Shown here piece by piece: positions 48,515 to 59,600 of a stretch of 64,000 bases of DNA. Position 1 is the first letter of the stretch; every line of letters begins with the position of its first letter. The notes under the pieces are model-generated. The model searched no databases. It saw nothing but the letters and a program-made list of their open reading frames with translations, and had not been told where the DNA came from. Source of the stretch: Abditibacterium sp. (lineage in GTDB: Bacteria; Armatimonadota; Abditibacteriia; Abditibacteriales; Abditibacteriaceae); contig OZ251992.1 of NCBI GenBank assembly GCA_965246885.1, positions 832,001 through 896,000 on the forward strand. Reading direction: 5' to 3'. The translations under genes and the position numbers were made by a program.

Positions 48515-49622
48515 TGGGTGAGCCTTCCAGTTGGCTCAGTCCCCGCACCATCTGTGCGTCTGCTTCGATGCGCACGACTTCTCCCAACCGCGCGGGTACG
48601 ACGAAGAAGACACTTGTGCCGCGATTCTTTTTGTCGAGCGTCATCGCGCGCCACGCGGCCTCGAAATCGAGGTTGGGAGCGCGGGTGGGCAATCCGGCGC
48701 GCTCGAAAAGGCGGGTCTGGCGGCCTATGAGTTCCTCGCCGTCCGCGCGGGATATGGTGCCGAGCGCGATGCCTAAGCGGGCTTCGACGGTCATGCCGAC
48801 GGCGATGGCTTCGCCGTGCAGCCATGTGCCGCGCCCATCCCCCGCGTGGAGGGCCTCAAGCGCGTGGCCGAAGGTGTGACCGTAATTGAGCGTGGCGCGG
48901 CGCCCGACAGCATCGGACTCGCGCTCGTCTTGGCCAACGACTTCCGCTTTGATTTCGCACGAGCGTTGGATGGCGTAACTGACTGCGTCGGCGTCGAGGG
49001 CGAGCAGGGCGTCGAGGTTATTTTCCAGCCACGCGAAGAAAGCGGCATCGGCGATGACGCCGTATTTGATGACCTCAGCTAGCCCCGCTCCCAATTCGCG
49101 CCGGGGCAAGGTGCGGAGGCAGAGGGGGTCAACGAGGACGCCGACCGGTTGCCAGAAGGCGCCTAAGAGGTTCTTGGCGCGCGGGTGGTTGACGCCGGTT
49201 TTGCCGCCCACACTGGAATCCACCATCGCCAACAGCGTTGTCGGGACTTGCACCCACGACACGCCGCGCATCCACGTCGCCGCCACGAACCCCGCCAAAT
49301 CGCCCGTGACCCCGCCGCCCACCGCCCAGACCGCGCCGCGCCGCCCAAAGCCTGCTTCGGCGAGCGCATCGAACGCGCGCGCGGCGGTGTCGAGCGTTTT
49401 GGCCGATTCGCCCTCGCCCATGTCGAAGCGCACCACCCGTTGCCCGCGCGCCTCCAATCGGGCCGCGAGCGCGTCGGTTATAAGCGGCCCCAGCGTCGCG
49501 TTAGAGATGAGCGCGATTTCTCCGGGGAAAGCCGCGTCGGGCAAACCGTCGAGCGTGCCAAGCGCGCCCGCTTGGATGGTGATGGAATAAGAGCGTTCGC
49601 CCAAAGCAACGGGAATCTTCAT
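48510..49622 (-). CDS. aroB: 3-dehydroquinate synthase
   Basis: GESAKT, GGGVTGDLAGF, PTTLLAMVDSSVGGKTG, KNLLGAF, LNYGHTFGHA, HGEAIA. Confidence 0.97.
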   Translation of the reverse strand: MKIPVALGERSYSITIQAGALGTLDGLPDAAFPGEIALISNATLGPLITDALAARLEARGQRVVRFDMGEGESAKTLDTAARAFDALAEAGFGRRGAVWAVGGGVTGDLAGFVAATWMRGVSWVQVPTTLLAMVDSSVGGKTGVNHPRAKNLLGAFWQPVGVLVDPLCLRTLPRRELGAGLAEVIKYGVIADAAFFAWLENNLDALLALDADAVSYAIQRSCEIKAEVVGQDERESDAVGRRATLNYGHTFGHALEALHAGDGRGTWLHGEAIAVGMTVEARLGIALGTISRADGEELIGRQTRLFERAGLPTRAPNLDFEAAWRAMTLDKKNRGTSVFFVVPARLGEVVRIEADAQMVRGLSQLEGSPS

Positions 49623-49664
49623 GCCTTGCAGTGTGCGCGCATCCGCCACACTGTTCGCCACGTT

Positions 49665-52346
49665 ATGCCGCAAACGGAATTAGTCGCCCAGCTACGCGCC
49701 CGCCTCGATGAGGGGCGCGCGCGTTTATGGAAGAAGCACGCGTGGAACAGCCCGATTCGTCCTTGGTTGCAGGAATACTCGGCCTTGGTGGACGAGGTGC
49801 TCACGCGCATCTACCACGAAGCGTGGGCCAAAGCGCGGACGGCGCTGCCTGCTGAAGATCACGAAGCCTCCGCGAACGAGCCGACGCTTGTGCTCCTCGC
49901 CGTCGGCGGCTATGGGCGCTCGGAATTGTGCCCGCACTCCGATATAGACATCGCTTTCGTGCCATCGGAGGAAGAAAACCCCCTGCTGGACTTGGTCATC
50001 AAAGAGGCGTTCCGCCTCATCGTCGAAGTGCTCATTGACGGCGCGAAGATGGAGGTGAGTTCCCCGTATCGGCCCATCTCCGACATCGAGCGCTTAGATC
50101 ACCCCTCCAAAGCGGCGCTTCTCGAAGCGCGGCGCATCGCGGGTAGCGAGAAGTTGGTGCAGGCGGTGCGCGACGAGGTGGCGCGCACGTGGGACGCGGT
50201 TGAGTTCGCCTTGGAAAAAAGCGCCGAGCGGCGGCGGCGTTTCGAGCGCATCGGCCTGTCGCAATATGCCGTCGAGCCGCAGCTAAAAGAGGGCGCCGGG
50301 GGGTTGCGCGACGTTCACTTCGCCCTCTGGAGCGCGGCGGCGCTCCTCAAGACCGACGCGCCGATGAAGGAACTCGTCTCGCGGGGGGTGGTGCTCCAAG
50401 ACGACGCCGCGCGCGTCGAAAGCGCGACCGACTTCTTGCTCAAGTTGCGCGTGTGGCTCCACCTGCGCACTGGGCGCCGCACCGATGTGCTGCGGCTCGA
50501 ATTTCAAGACCGCATGGCGCGCGATCTCTCCTACGTCGGCGCGGGCGGTTTGGCCTCACAAAGCCTGCTGGCCGACTTCTACGCGCACGCCGAAGCCGTC
50601 GCCCGCTTTTGCGACCGCGTGCTCGCGCGCCTGTTGGAAGGGCCATTGCCCTTCGACTCGCACTTCGTCGCCAATCACGGCCAACTGCGCACCGAGCACC
50701 CCTACACCCTTGTCAACCACCCCGAACTCTTACTGACGCCCTTCGCCCTCGCGCGCAAGTATGGCTTCACTTTCGCGCCCTCGCTCGACCGCGCCCTCGA
50801 CGACCTCGTGCCCCACATAGATAGCGACTCGCGGCGCCACCCGCACATGCGGAGCGCCTTCTTCCAGCTTATCGGCGACATCGGCAACTCCGCCGCCGTC
50901 CTCACGGAACTGCGCGCGCGCGGCGCCTTGCAAGCCCTCATTCCCGAAATGACCGCCATGCTGCGCCTCGCGCCCCCCGACCCCTCGCACGAACTGTCGG
51001 TCGGGGAGCACTCCATTTATGCCGTGCGCCAACTGGACGAACTGTGGCGCAAGCGATTAAGCGACGACGAGGTGTATTCCCTCTGGAACGGCGTCGAGGA
51101 CGTGGAACTGCTGGTGCTGGCCACCCTCCTCCACGACGTCGGGAAGATCGAACCGAACACCGACCACGCCGTGTCCGGTGAGCGCTTGGGCACCCGCATC
51201 GCCGAACGGCTGGGGTTGTCGCCGCCACGCACCGCGACTCTGAAGCTCCTCATCCTGCGCCACTTGCTTTTGCCCCGCATCGCACGCCTGCGCGACTTGG
51301 GTGCGGGTGCCACCATCCGCCGCGTTGTCAGTTACGTCCGCGACGTGCCCACGCTCAAGATGCTGTATCTGCTTTCCCTCGCGGACACGTGCGCAGTTGG
51401 CGAGAAGTCGTACTCGCACCTCGATTTAGGAGCCATGCGCGAACTGTACGAGAAGTGCCTGCTCGCCATGACGCGCGCCGAAAACGCCGAAGTGCTCAGC
51501 GACGAAGAGAAGCGCGAGCAACAAGTCCAGCAAGAGCGCGAGCGCATGCGCCGTGACCTGCGCCACCTCGAACTCGACGACGCCACCCTCCAGCGCCTGT
51601 CCAATACCCTCCCCGCCGCCTACGTCCTCAACACGCCGATGCCAACGATGGCCACGCACCTCAAGTTCCTCGACCAGTTGCCCGACGATAAGCTCATCGT
51701 GGACTTTTACCCCCTCCAAAGCCGTAACTTCGCCGAAATGACCGTTGTCGCCTACGACCACGAGAAGCCCGGCCTACTCTCGAAAATCTGCGGCGTCGTT
51801 TACGCGGGCGGCGCGGAAATCGTGTCGGCGCAGGTCTACACCCTGCGCGGCCACGACCTCAACTCCAAGTGGGCGACCGGCGCCCCCGATTATGGGCGCG
51901 ATGTCGTGCTCGACCGCTTGCACCTCATCTCCGGCGGCAAGTCCCTCACGGGTGCGCAAACCGCGAAGATGGCCGCCATGATGCGCGAAGCCCTCATAGA
52001 CGAAAAGCCCATCGCCGATATTCTGCGCGGCGCCGGAAAGAAGGCCGCCCAGTCGGTCGTCACCAGCAAAATCTCCGCGCGCAACGACCTGAGCGACGAA
52101 CACACCGTCCTCACCCTCGTGTGCGACAACGTCCCCGGCCTCTTGTATCACATCGCCCGCGCCTTCGCCGCCCTCGACCTCGACATTCACACCGCCAAAG
52201 TCACCACGTGGGGCGGCCAAGCCGAAGACGCCTTTTACCTCACCCACCGCACCGCCGACGGCCAGAGCCTCAAACTGAGCGACGACGACATCAAAGGCAC
52301 CATCGAAGCCCTCAAAAAGAAACTGCTCAAGCCGGGGAAGGAGTGA
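49665..52346 (+). CDS. glnD: PII uridylyltransferase / uridylyl-removing enzyme
   Basis: AVGGYGR.ELCPHSDID, EPQLKEGAGGLRD, LLHDVGK HD domain, two C-terminal ACT domains. Confidence 0.93.
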   Translation: MPQTELVAQLRARLDEGRARLWKKHAWNSPIRPWLQEYSALVDEVLTRIYHEAWAKARTALPAEDHEASANEPTLVLLAVGGYGRSELCPHSDIDIAFVPSEEENPLLDLVIKEAFRLIVEVLIDGAKMEVSSPYRPISDIERLDHPSKAALLEARRIAGSEKLVQAVRDEVARTWDAVEFALEKSAERRRRFERIGLSQYAVEPQLKEGAGGLRDVHFALWSAAALLKTDAPMKELVSRGVVLQDDAARVESATDFLLKLRVWLHLRTGRRTDVLRLEFQDRMARDLSYVGAGGLASQSLLADFYAHAEAVARFCDRVLARLLEGPLPFDSHFVANHGQLRTEHPYTLVNHPELLLTPFALARKYGFTFAPSLDRALDDLVPHIDSDSRRHPHMRSAFFQLIGDIGNSAAVLTELRARGALQALIPEMTAMLRLAPPDPSHELSVGEHSIYAVRQLDELWRKRLSDDEVYSLWNGVEDVELLVLATLLHDVGKIEPNTDHAVSGERLGTRIAERLGLSPPRTATLKLLILRHLLLPRIARLRDLGAGATIRRVVSYVRDVPTLKMLYLLSLADTCAVGEKSYSHLDLGAMRELYEKCLLAMTRAENAEVLSDEEKREQQVQQERERMRRDLRHLELDDATLQRLSNTLPAAYVLNTPMPTMATHLKFLDQLPDDKLIVDFYPLQSRNFAEMTVVAYDHEKPGLLSKICGVVYAGGAEIVSAQVYTLRGHDLNSKWATGAPDYGRDVVLDRLHLISGGKSLTGAQTAKMAAMMREALIDEKPIADILRGAGKKAAQSVVTSKISARNDLSDEHTVLTLVCDNVPGLLYHIARAFAALDLDIHTAKVTTWGGQAEDAFYLTHRTADGQSLKLSDDDIKGTIEALKKKLLKPGKE

Positions 52347-52378
52347 GATGACAACCTGACACGCCAAGATCAAGCGGA

Positions 52379-52504
52379 GAGATACCTATCTCCCCGCGCG
52401 GAATCCGTATTTCTTTGGAAGAAACCGGTATTTTGCGCGGGGAGATCCGTATTCCAAGCGATGCTTTGTGTAGTTGCGCGCAGGCAGGAGGTCTTTCCCT
52501 CGAA
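52379..52504. repeat. Degenerate 21-bp-period array (CCGTATT-like core)
   Basis: Units at 52379, 52400, 52421, 52442 and weaker at 52463, 52484. Confidence 0.55.
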
Positions 52505-52585
52505 GAGGGAGGAAGAAACTTAATCCTGCTTTAAAGTTGCTGTGGCAAAGTGGAGGGGCGCCGCAACGCCCGGCACACCATCTCC

Positions 52586-54589
52586 ATGAAAAACAACCGA
52601 AGCCAAAGGCGCAGCCACTTTCATGCCTTGCGTTGGCCGCTTTGTGCGGCGATGTCTGTGGGGAGCTTGATGCTAACGCCGCGCATGGGCCACGCGGGTA
52701 GTTGGTCTGTGTCGCTGGATCACAATGGGCAGTCGGATAGTAGCGCGGGCCAAGGCCAGACCAAGGGCCATGTCTGGGTGTGGCAGAACCCCGCCGGTGG
52801 AGAAGATGACAGCTATGAGGGGCATGGCTCTGGGAGTGGCCCACTGGATATGGGCCAAACGCAAACGGGGAGCGTCGCTGGGAACTTCACCCTCGTGCTG
52901 CGCTGGACGCCCTCGGCCAAAGGCGAGAAGATTCCGCCGTTTGTGGGCGTGTGGTTCTGGCAAGAGGCAACGGGCGAGGGTGGGCGGTCGGACTTGGGCG
53001 AGCCAAACGGCTACAATGGGCAGGGGTTGAGGGGCACGCCCGGCAGCGTCACCTTGACCACGCGCGCCGCCGCCCCCGATGGCAAGAGCTACTCGGACGC
53101 AACCCACGCGCAGAAAGCACCCAACGACCCCCACTACACACAGTTCTCCAGCTACTCGGTGACGCCCGTCAGCTTCCTCACCATCTCCACCCAAGGCGCC
53201 TCGCCCACCCACAACAGCGTCACCAAGACCGATGGCTCGTTGTATGTGACGTATGCCATGCCCCCGCTCAGCGCCACCTTACGCGTCACAATGGGCAGGT
53301 ATCCCGACCCAGCGTATGATGGGGGTGAGCAGGGGGACAATGTAACAGCCACAGTAGGCGTGCTTCCCCACTACGCCCTCGACCCGCACCAACTCTGGAT
53401 TAGCTCCGACATCGAACCCAGCTACAAGAAATTCACGGCGCCTTTGCCTCCGGCCCCTAATCCTCTTCCCGACTACTGCTACCGGAAGAACCCCGACGGT
53501 AGCTTCAAGACGGACGGTGCGGGCAGTCGCCAAATGGACATCGGAGCGGGGCGCCCCGTGTTGTGGGCTGACTCCAAGAACGGTCTTTACGCTATCCAGT
53601 GCCAGCGTAATCCCGATGGTTCGGTGGCCGTAGAAAGTGCGGCCAAAATGGATTCTTTCTCAAAGAACTGGTTCGCATGGAATTACTTCACGGCCAACAC
53701 AGTCGGGTTCCCGTCGCGTACTACCTACAAATGGAGTCTCGATGGCTCCTTCGTCGGCCCGGAGTTTCACGACTCTCAGGACAACTCTATTGTAGCCAAT
53801 GGTGGCGACGCTAAAAATATGCATCTCGCTAAAGGCATCAACAGTGGAGGCGTTCTTGTTGGCGGCGAATCACATGTCGAGTTGGGCGGTTCATCGGGAG
53901 CAATTGCTTCAAGCAGCTCTGCAAGAGTCAATGTGGCTGACCCCAACGGCGTCTCATTGGCAAGCTCCTATAACATCAATTGGCACTATCCCTTTGAGCC
54001 GTATCACAAACGGCCCAACATCCACCACTTCACATGGCGCACCGCTTTAAGTCAAGTGGATGACGGAGCCAACTTCAGCCTTGCCAACGGTGCCGCTAAG
54101 TCTCAGCAAAATCCTTATCAAAGGCAGGAAGAATCCTTCGTCCCAGTTGCAAAAGCAGGGATGGATGGTGTAGATCAGGTTTCTGGCTACCTTCCAGCCG
54201 GAAAGGACATTGCCGAAATTCTGACCAAACTGGGTGGCAAGGCTGTTGACTGGTATGTGGAAAAGAACTTCCCTACCAAATCACAGCACTTCACGAACGT
54301 CGCCGAAGCGTGGGCCTACTCGATACAGCATCAGCAGTCCGGCAATAGCGAAGGGGATGATCCCGCGCCCATCGTGGACTTAGTGCCTTCTGATCTTCTT
54401 TCCGATCCAGATGGGTGGATTTACTGTACCCATCAAGTTTTCGAGATCGTCCATACGCGCCGCGAAAGTTGGGACGCCGATGCGTATAACGGTCATGGAT
54501 ATGTCGCCCACAATGAGATCGTCAATGCAGATGAAGCTCTCGGTGTAACCGTCGAAATCCAATTCAAGGAGGTGAGGAAAAAACCATGA
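52586..54589 (+). CDS. Large secreted hypothetical protein
   Basis: Start MKNNRSQ; signal ending GHA-GSWSV; Gly/Ser/Thr-rich; ATGA overlap with next gene. Confidence 0.72.
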   Translation: MKNNRSQRRSHFHALRWPLCAAMSVGSLMLTPRMGHAGSWSVSLDHNGQSDSSAGQGQTKGHVWVWQNPAGGEDDSYEGHGSGSGPLDMGQTQTGSVAGNFTLVLRWTPSAKGEKIPPFVGVWFWQEATGEGGRSDLGEPNGYNGQGLRGTPGSVTLTTRAAAPDGKSYSDATHAQKAPNDPHYTQFSSYSVTPVSFLTISTQGASPTHNSVTKTDGSLYVTYAMPPLSATLRVTMGRYPDPAYDGGEQGDNVTATVGVLPHYALDPHQLWISSDIEPSYKKFTAPLPPAPNPLPDYCYRKNPDGSFKTDGAGSRQMDIGAGRPVLWADSKNGLYAIQCQRNPDGSVAVESAAKMDSFSKNWFAWNYFTANTVGFPSRTTYKWSLDGSFVGPEFHDSQDNSIVANGGDAKNMHLAKGINSGGVLVGGESHVELGGSSGAIASSSSARVNVADPNGVSLASSYNINWHYPFEPYHKRPNIHHFTWRTALSQVDDGANFSLANGAAKSQQNPYQRQEESFVPVAKAGMDGVDQVSGYLPAGKDIAEILTKLGGKAVDWYVEKNFPTKSQHFTNVAEAWAYSIQHQQSGNSEGDDPAPIVDLVPSDLLSDPDGWIYCTHQVFEIVHTRRESWDADAYNGHGYVAHNEIVNADEALGVTVEIQFKEVRKKP

Positions 54590-55392
54590 GCCGCTCACTA
54601 TCTGCTATTCTTGTGATCCCTCTTGTAGTCGGATGTTTTAATCCATGTCACGCCGAAAATCCGGCAGAACAAGCCTTCATGCACGCTGCTATGGAGGATT
54701 CCATCAATCCCAAGTGGCTGACTCAAGATTGGGATGAGAAGGCAAACAAGCCTTACGTCGCCAAGGCTCTTGATGTTGAGAGGCTGTTGCAAAAGAAGGC
54801 GACTCCTGCTGTCATCCTCAAAAGATACGAGGGAGTGGCGCGCAAACAACCGACCAACAGCCTCGCCATCTTCTCTTGGGTGTATGCGCGTTACCGTCTG
54901 GTGGAGGCAGAGCGGATAAAGAAGCCTTTGTCTCAAGTGTGCGAGGAACTCTACAAAGTTCTGGTCATGGCTCCCGCACCGCCTTCTGCCGAATACACTC
55001 GGTTGCGCTTCAAGGTCGAGGCTAACACCCACTTGGCCTCACACTTGTCACAAATCGGCCCACGCCTGATTGCCCGTTACAAGAATGACCGCTCTTTGCT
55101 GCTGTGCTATAGCGCCGTCGTAGGCGACAGCAACAGCGAGGCTGGCGTGCATAACGACTACGCGATGGTCAAAAAATTCCCCAAAGACCCGGCCTTCCGA
55201 TGGAACTTGGCGATGGATTTGTCTACTTTGGCATGGAAGAAACGAGATGCTAAGCTACTCGATGCCAGTGAACTTCAGTTCAAGGTGTTCGAGAAGTTGG
55301 CTCCGCCCAATTATTCTTTGCGGCGCTATCTACCGAACGCGAGAGAATACATTCGGCGCAAGCGGCTGAGATTTGCTGGAAAGACCCCTTGA
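54586..55392 (+). CDS. Secreted helical/TPR-like partner protein
   Basis: AGGAGG SD; signal peptide ending CHA-E; basic, helical. Confidence 0.7.
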   Translation: MSRSLSAILVIPLVVGCFNPCHAENPAEQAFMHAAMEDSINPKWLTQDWDEKANKPYVAKALDVERLLQKKATPAVILKRYEGVARKQPTNSLAIFSWVYARYRLVEAERIKKPLSQVCEELYKVLVMAPAPPSAEYTRLRFKVEANTHLASHLSQIGPRLIARYKNDRSLLLCYSAVVGDSNSEAGVHNDYAMVKKFPKDPAFRWNLAMDLSTLAWKKRDAKLLDASELQFKVFEKLAPPNYSLRRYLPNAREYIRRKRLRFAGKTP

Positions 55393-55420
55393 GTTAACAG
55401 CACATGACAGCCAACCCAGC

Positions 55421-55448
55421 AACGCCCCGTTTCGATGAAACGGGGCGC
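55421..55448 (+). terminator. Hairpin after gene pair
   Basis: CGCCCCGTTTC-GAT-GAAACGGGGCG. Confidence 0.6.
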
Positions 55449-55649
55449 CTTCGTTTAAAATAGCATGAACCGTTTGCGGGGTTTGTCTTTGGCTTCGGCG
55501 GGGAGGGGAAAGCGGAAGAGGGTTTGGGCGAGTTGTTTGACGGCAAGGGAGAGTTCCGATTGGGCTTGGGTGAGGACGAAGGGGCTGCCCATGTTGATGC
55601 TTTGGGCAGTGACTTGGGGGCGTCGGGCGGGAGCGGAGCGTTCCTGCTC

Positions 55650-56435
55650 TTAACTACTCGCCGAGCCATAAAACCGCAGCGCGAAGCGGAAGAACCAACC
55701 CGAAAACGCGAGGAAGGTTGCGGCCAAAGCGAGGGCGGCGAGGAGGGTGGTGGGGTGGGCGCGGCCCAAGAGGGCTTGAGTCGGGAAGGTCGTCAGGAAA
55801 GCGACGGGAAGGATGAGAGTCAGAAAGGTAAGGGCGCGGGCGGGGTAGATTTGCAGGGGGAAGCGCGCCATCTGCATCATCGGGTCGAATACGACGGCGA
55901 TGCCGTCGAGTTTAACCGCCCACACCGCAAAGGTTACGCACACAAACCAAATGGCGTAGGCAAGCGTGAAGCCGCACGCGAGGAGCGACGCCCACAACAG
56001 CCAGTCGAGCAAAGAGGGGAGATGCGCCATGCGATGCAAGCCGACGCCAATCAAGGCGAAGCCGCCGAGCGAGTTTAAGCAGCCGTTGAGGTCGAGATAG
56101 CGCGCCGACACGAAAAACTGCGTCGAGACGGGCTTGGTCAGCGCCAAATCGAGGCTCCCGTCTCGCACACCACCCGCGAAACGCCACATGTTCGGCCCCA
56201 GCGCGCCGTAGCAAAACGACTCCAATACCACGAACGTGCCATACAGCACCCACATCTCGTCCCGGCTCCACCCGCGCACCGCCCCCACTTGCCCGAACAC
56301 GATGTCAATAAACAGTAGCGACACCGCCGTCCAGATGGCATACCCCACCACGCCCGCGAAAAACTGCGCGCGGAACTCCATCGCCCGCGCGATGCAGTTG
56401 AGCGCGAAGGCGCGGTAAAGGCGGAGGTAACGCAT
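55650..56435 (-). CDS. ABC-2 type permease (DUF990/ABC2_membrane_6-like)
   Basis: AMEFRAQF, GWSRDEM, VRDGSLDLALTKP, RFPLQIYP, ALRFYGSASS. Confidence 0.9.
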   Translation of the reverse strand: MRYLRLYRAFALNCIARAMEFRAQFFAGVVGYAIWTAVSLLFIDIVFGQVGAVRGWSRDEMWVLYGTFVVLESFCYGALGPNMWRFAGGVRDGSLDLALTKPVSTQFFVSARYLDLNGCLNSLGGFALIGVGLHRMAHLPSLLDWLLWASLLACGFTLAYAIWFVCVTFAVWAVKLDGIAVVFDPMMQMARFPLQIYPARALTFLTLILPVAFLTTFPTQALLGRAHPTTLLAALALAATFLAFSGWFFRFALRFYGSASS

Positions 56436-56487
56436 GGGTTTTGTGAAAGAGGAAGGGGACGAGCGAACTCCTAAACGCCGCGCCGCC

Positions 56488-56565
56488 GTCATTCTGAGCC
56501 TGCGAAGGATTTTAGGTCACGCTATCCGCGCAGTCACTATAGATCCTTCGCAAGCTCAAGATGAC
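56488..56565. repeat. REP-like palindromic element (GTCATTCTGAG...CTCAAGATGAC)
   Basis: 23-nt arms GTCATTCTGAGCCTGCGAAGGAT / ATCCTTCGCAAGCTCAAGATGAC, 20/23 complementary. Confidence 0.8.
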
Positions 56566-56639
56566 CAAACCGGGGTTTGCGTGCGCTTAGGTGCGACCTG
56601 CTCCGGTCGGGACGCCGACATTGGCCCGCGCCCTAAAAC

Positions 56640-59600
56640 CTACCACGTCACCCCGCTTTGCAGCAGTTTAAGCGCGGCGTCGGGCGGCAGGGGACGCGAA
56701 AAGAAAAAGCCTTGGCCGCCTTTGCAATTGAGCGCGCGCAGGTCGCTCAGTTGTCTGGCGTCCTCGATGCCTTCGGCGACGACATCCATACCGAGGTTGA
56801 GGCCCAACGCCACGATGGTGCGCACGATTTCGCGGTTTTCGCCGCCGTCCTCCATGCGCATCACAAACGAGCGGTCTATCTTGAGCGTATCCAACGGGAA
56901 GCGGTGCAAGTAACTCAGTGACGAGTAGCCCGTGCCAAAGTCGTCGAGCGCCAACTGCACTCCCAACGCGCGCAGCGTATGGAGCCGCTCCGTTACCGCT
57001 TGGGCGTTCTCCATGATGGCCGATTCGGTGATTTCTAACTTCAGGTTCTGCGGCGCAATGTTCCACTTCGCCAGTTGCTCCGAAATGAACGGGATGAGGT
57101 TGGGCTGCGAGAACTGCTTGCCGCTCAGGTTGACGCTCATCGTGAGCGGCGGGTCAGGGCGCAGTTCCGCTTGCCAGAGCGCCAACTGCTCGCACGCGGT
57201 CTCCAACACCCACGCGCCGATGGGCACGATCCACCCCGTCTCTTCCGCGACGGGGATGAACTCGGCGGGCGACACGAGGCCGCGCTCCGGGTGACGCCAG
57301 CGCACAAGCGCTTCCATACCCGTAATGGCGCCGCTCTGGAGCGAGATGATCGGTTGATAGTGCAACTCGAACTCGCGCCGCTCGATGGCCCAGCGCAGAT
57401 CGGTTTCCAGTTGCAAGAGAGCGACGGCGCGGGTGTGCATCCCCGAATCGAAGACCTCGTGCCGCGCTTTGCCCAGCGATTTCGCGCGGTACATCGCCAT
57501 ATCCGCATCCCGCAGCAAGTCGTCCGGGTTGTCGTAGCCCGCGTGCGCGAGGGCGATGCCAATCGAAGCCGACGAGAAGACCTCCTGACCGACCAAGGTG
57601 AACGGCGCCGCCATCGCGCTTTGCACGCGCTCGGCGACGACGGTCGCATCGGTTTGGTCGCGCACATCCTCCAACAGGATGGCGAACTCATCCCCGCCCA
57701 AGCGGGACACGGTATCGCCGGGGCGCAGGCACTCTTCCAAGCGCCGCGCCAGCGCCACTAATAGCTCGTCGCCCGCCATGTGGCCGAGCGAGTCGTTAAT
57801 GTTCTTGAAGCGGTCGAAATCGAGGAACAAGACCGCGAAAATCGCCGTCGGGTGGCGCTTCAAGCGCGCGAAGGCTTGCGCCAAACGGTCGGAAAACAGC
57901 GCGCGGTTGGCCAGCCCCGTCAGCTTGTCGTGGAGGGCGTTGTGCAGCAGTTGGTCTTGCGCGTTCTTGCGGTCGGTGATGTCCTCGACCGTGCCCTCGT
58001 AATAACGCAGTTCCCCATCGCCGCGCACCTCGCGGGCGTTTTCCGAGATCCAAATGACCTGCCCATCCTTGCGGCGGATTTGCGCCTCGAAGTTGGAAAC
58101 TTTGCCCTGCTTGCGCATCTCCTCGATGAACTCCGCGCGCTTGCGGTCGTTGACGTAAAGTTCGCGCGAAATATCCGAATAGGAACCGATGAGTTGAGCG
58201 GGCGAGTCGAAGCCGTAGATGCGGGCGAGCGACGGGTTCGCGGCGAGGTAGCGGCCATCGGGCGAGGTTTGGAAGATGCCCTCGACGGCGTTCTCGAAGA
58301 TGGAGCGGTAGCGCAGTTCGGCTTCGCGCAGTTGTTCTTCGGCGCGCTTGCGGGCCGAGATGTCGCGGGTGACGATCTGAATCTCCTCGACTTCGCCCGA
58401 AGGCCCGATGACGGCGCGCCCCGCCGACTCGCACCACACGTAATGCCCTTCGCGGTGCAAGCGGCGATACACTACCGTCGCTACGCGCGACGGGTCGCGT
58501 AGCGACTGGCCATACGCTTCGATGAGCGCTCCCACGTCGTCGGGGTGCACTGTTTCTAAGGGGTGGCGCCCTATCAACTCTTCGGGCGCGTAGCCAATGA
58601 TGTTCTCAATCGCGGGCGATACATAGAGGGTTTGAAACTGCGGCGAGATGCGCGAAATCGCGTCCGAGGAGTTCTCCGCGAGCAAGCGGAAGAGTTGCTC
58701 GCTGTCGCGGAGCGCCTGCGCGTCGCGGTGTGAGGCCGACACGTCGCGCGCTACCCACACCACCTCGTCGTCATTGAGCGGCGTCACCGTCGCCTCGAAC
58801 CACTTGTCGCCTCCGTCGAGATGCAGCGAATACTCCAACCGGGCCGGAGCGCGCGTGTCGAGCGCGCACGCGATGGCACCCTCGAACTTCCAAGCTGTCG
58901 CCGCGTCGAAAAACTCGCGCAACGCGCGCCCCGGTATATTGGCGGGCGGCTGAATCAGGATGTCCGGGTTGCTCGTAATGACCTTGCGATACACCCCCGC
59001 CCGGTCAATGATAAACAGCGCGTCGCTCATTAGCCCCAACAGGGCAAGCAATTCCGCTTCGGACTCCCGGAGCGCCAACTCGCTTTGCCCGCGCGCCACG
59101 CCCGCGCCCAGCAGATCGGCGCACAAGCGCAGCGTTTCCCTTTCGGCTTCGCTCCAAATCCGCTCGCGGACGCAGTCGTCCACTCCCACATAGCCCCACC
59201 ACTTCCCTTCGAGGAAAATCGGCACATTGATGACCGATACAATATTGCTGTGTTCAAGCGCGGCGCGTTGCTGTGGCGCCAAATCTTTCACCAAAGCTTC
59301 GACCGCCTCGCCCCCTTCCATCAAGCGCGCCCACGCGCCAAAACCGATGTCATTTAAGTCGTAGTCGTTGTAACAGCTTTCAGGCGTCGGCTCAATGCCC
59401 GGCGCACACCACGTATAACGTAGCGAGAAACGCGGTGTGTCGGGCGCAATTTTCTCGATGATGTCCAGCCGCGATGCGCCCAGCGCCCGCCCCAACTCAT
59501 CCAAGGCTTCGGCGACTTTGGCTTCCCAGCTGTCAGACAAGAAACAGCGCGCTACAAACGCCGCCGCGTGCAACATGGCTTCGCGTCCGATGGGGGGCGC

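Noticed and set aside
49185..49664. N-terminal extensions in the ORF track (glnD; also 3631..5031, 8732..10054, 44679, 61402)
   Set aside because: They overlap well-supported genes, so downstream starts were chosen
55450..55649. Possible sixth periodic array (recurring TTGGG)
   Set aside because: Spacing irregular (42 then 36 nt); too weak to support
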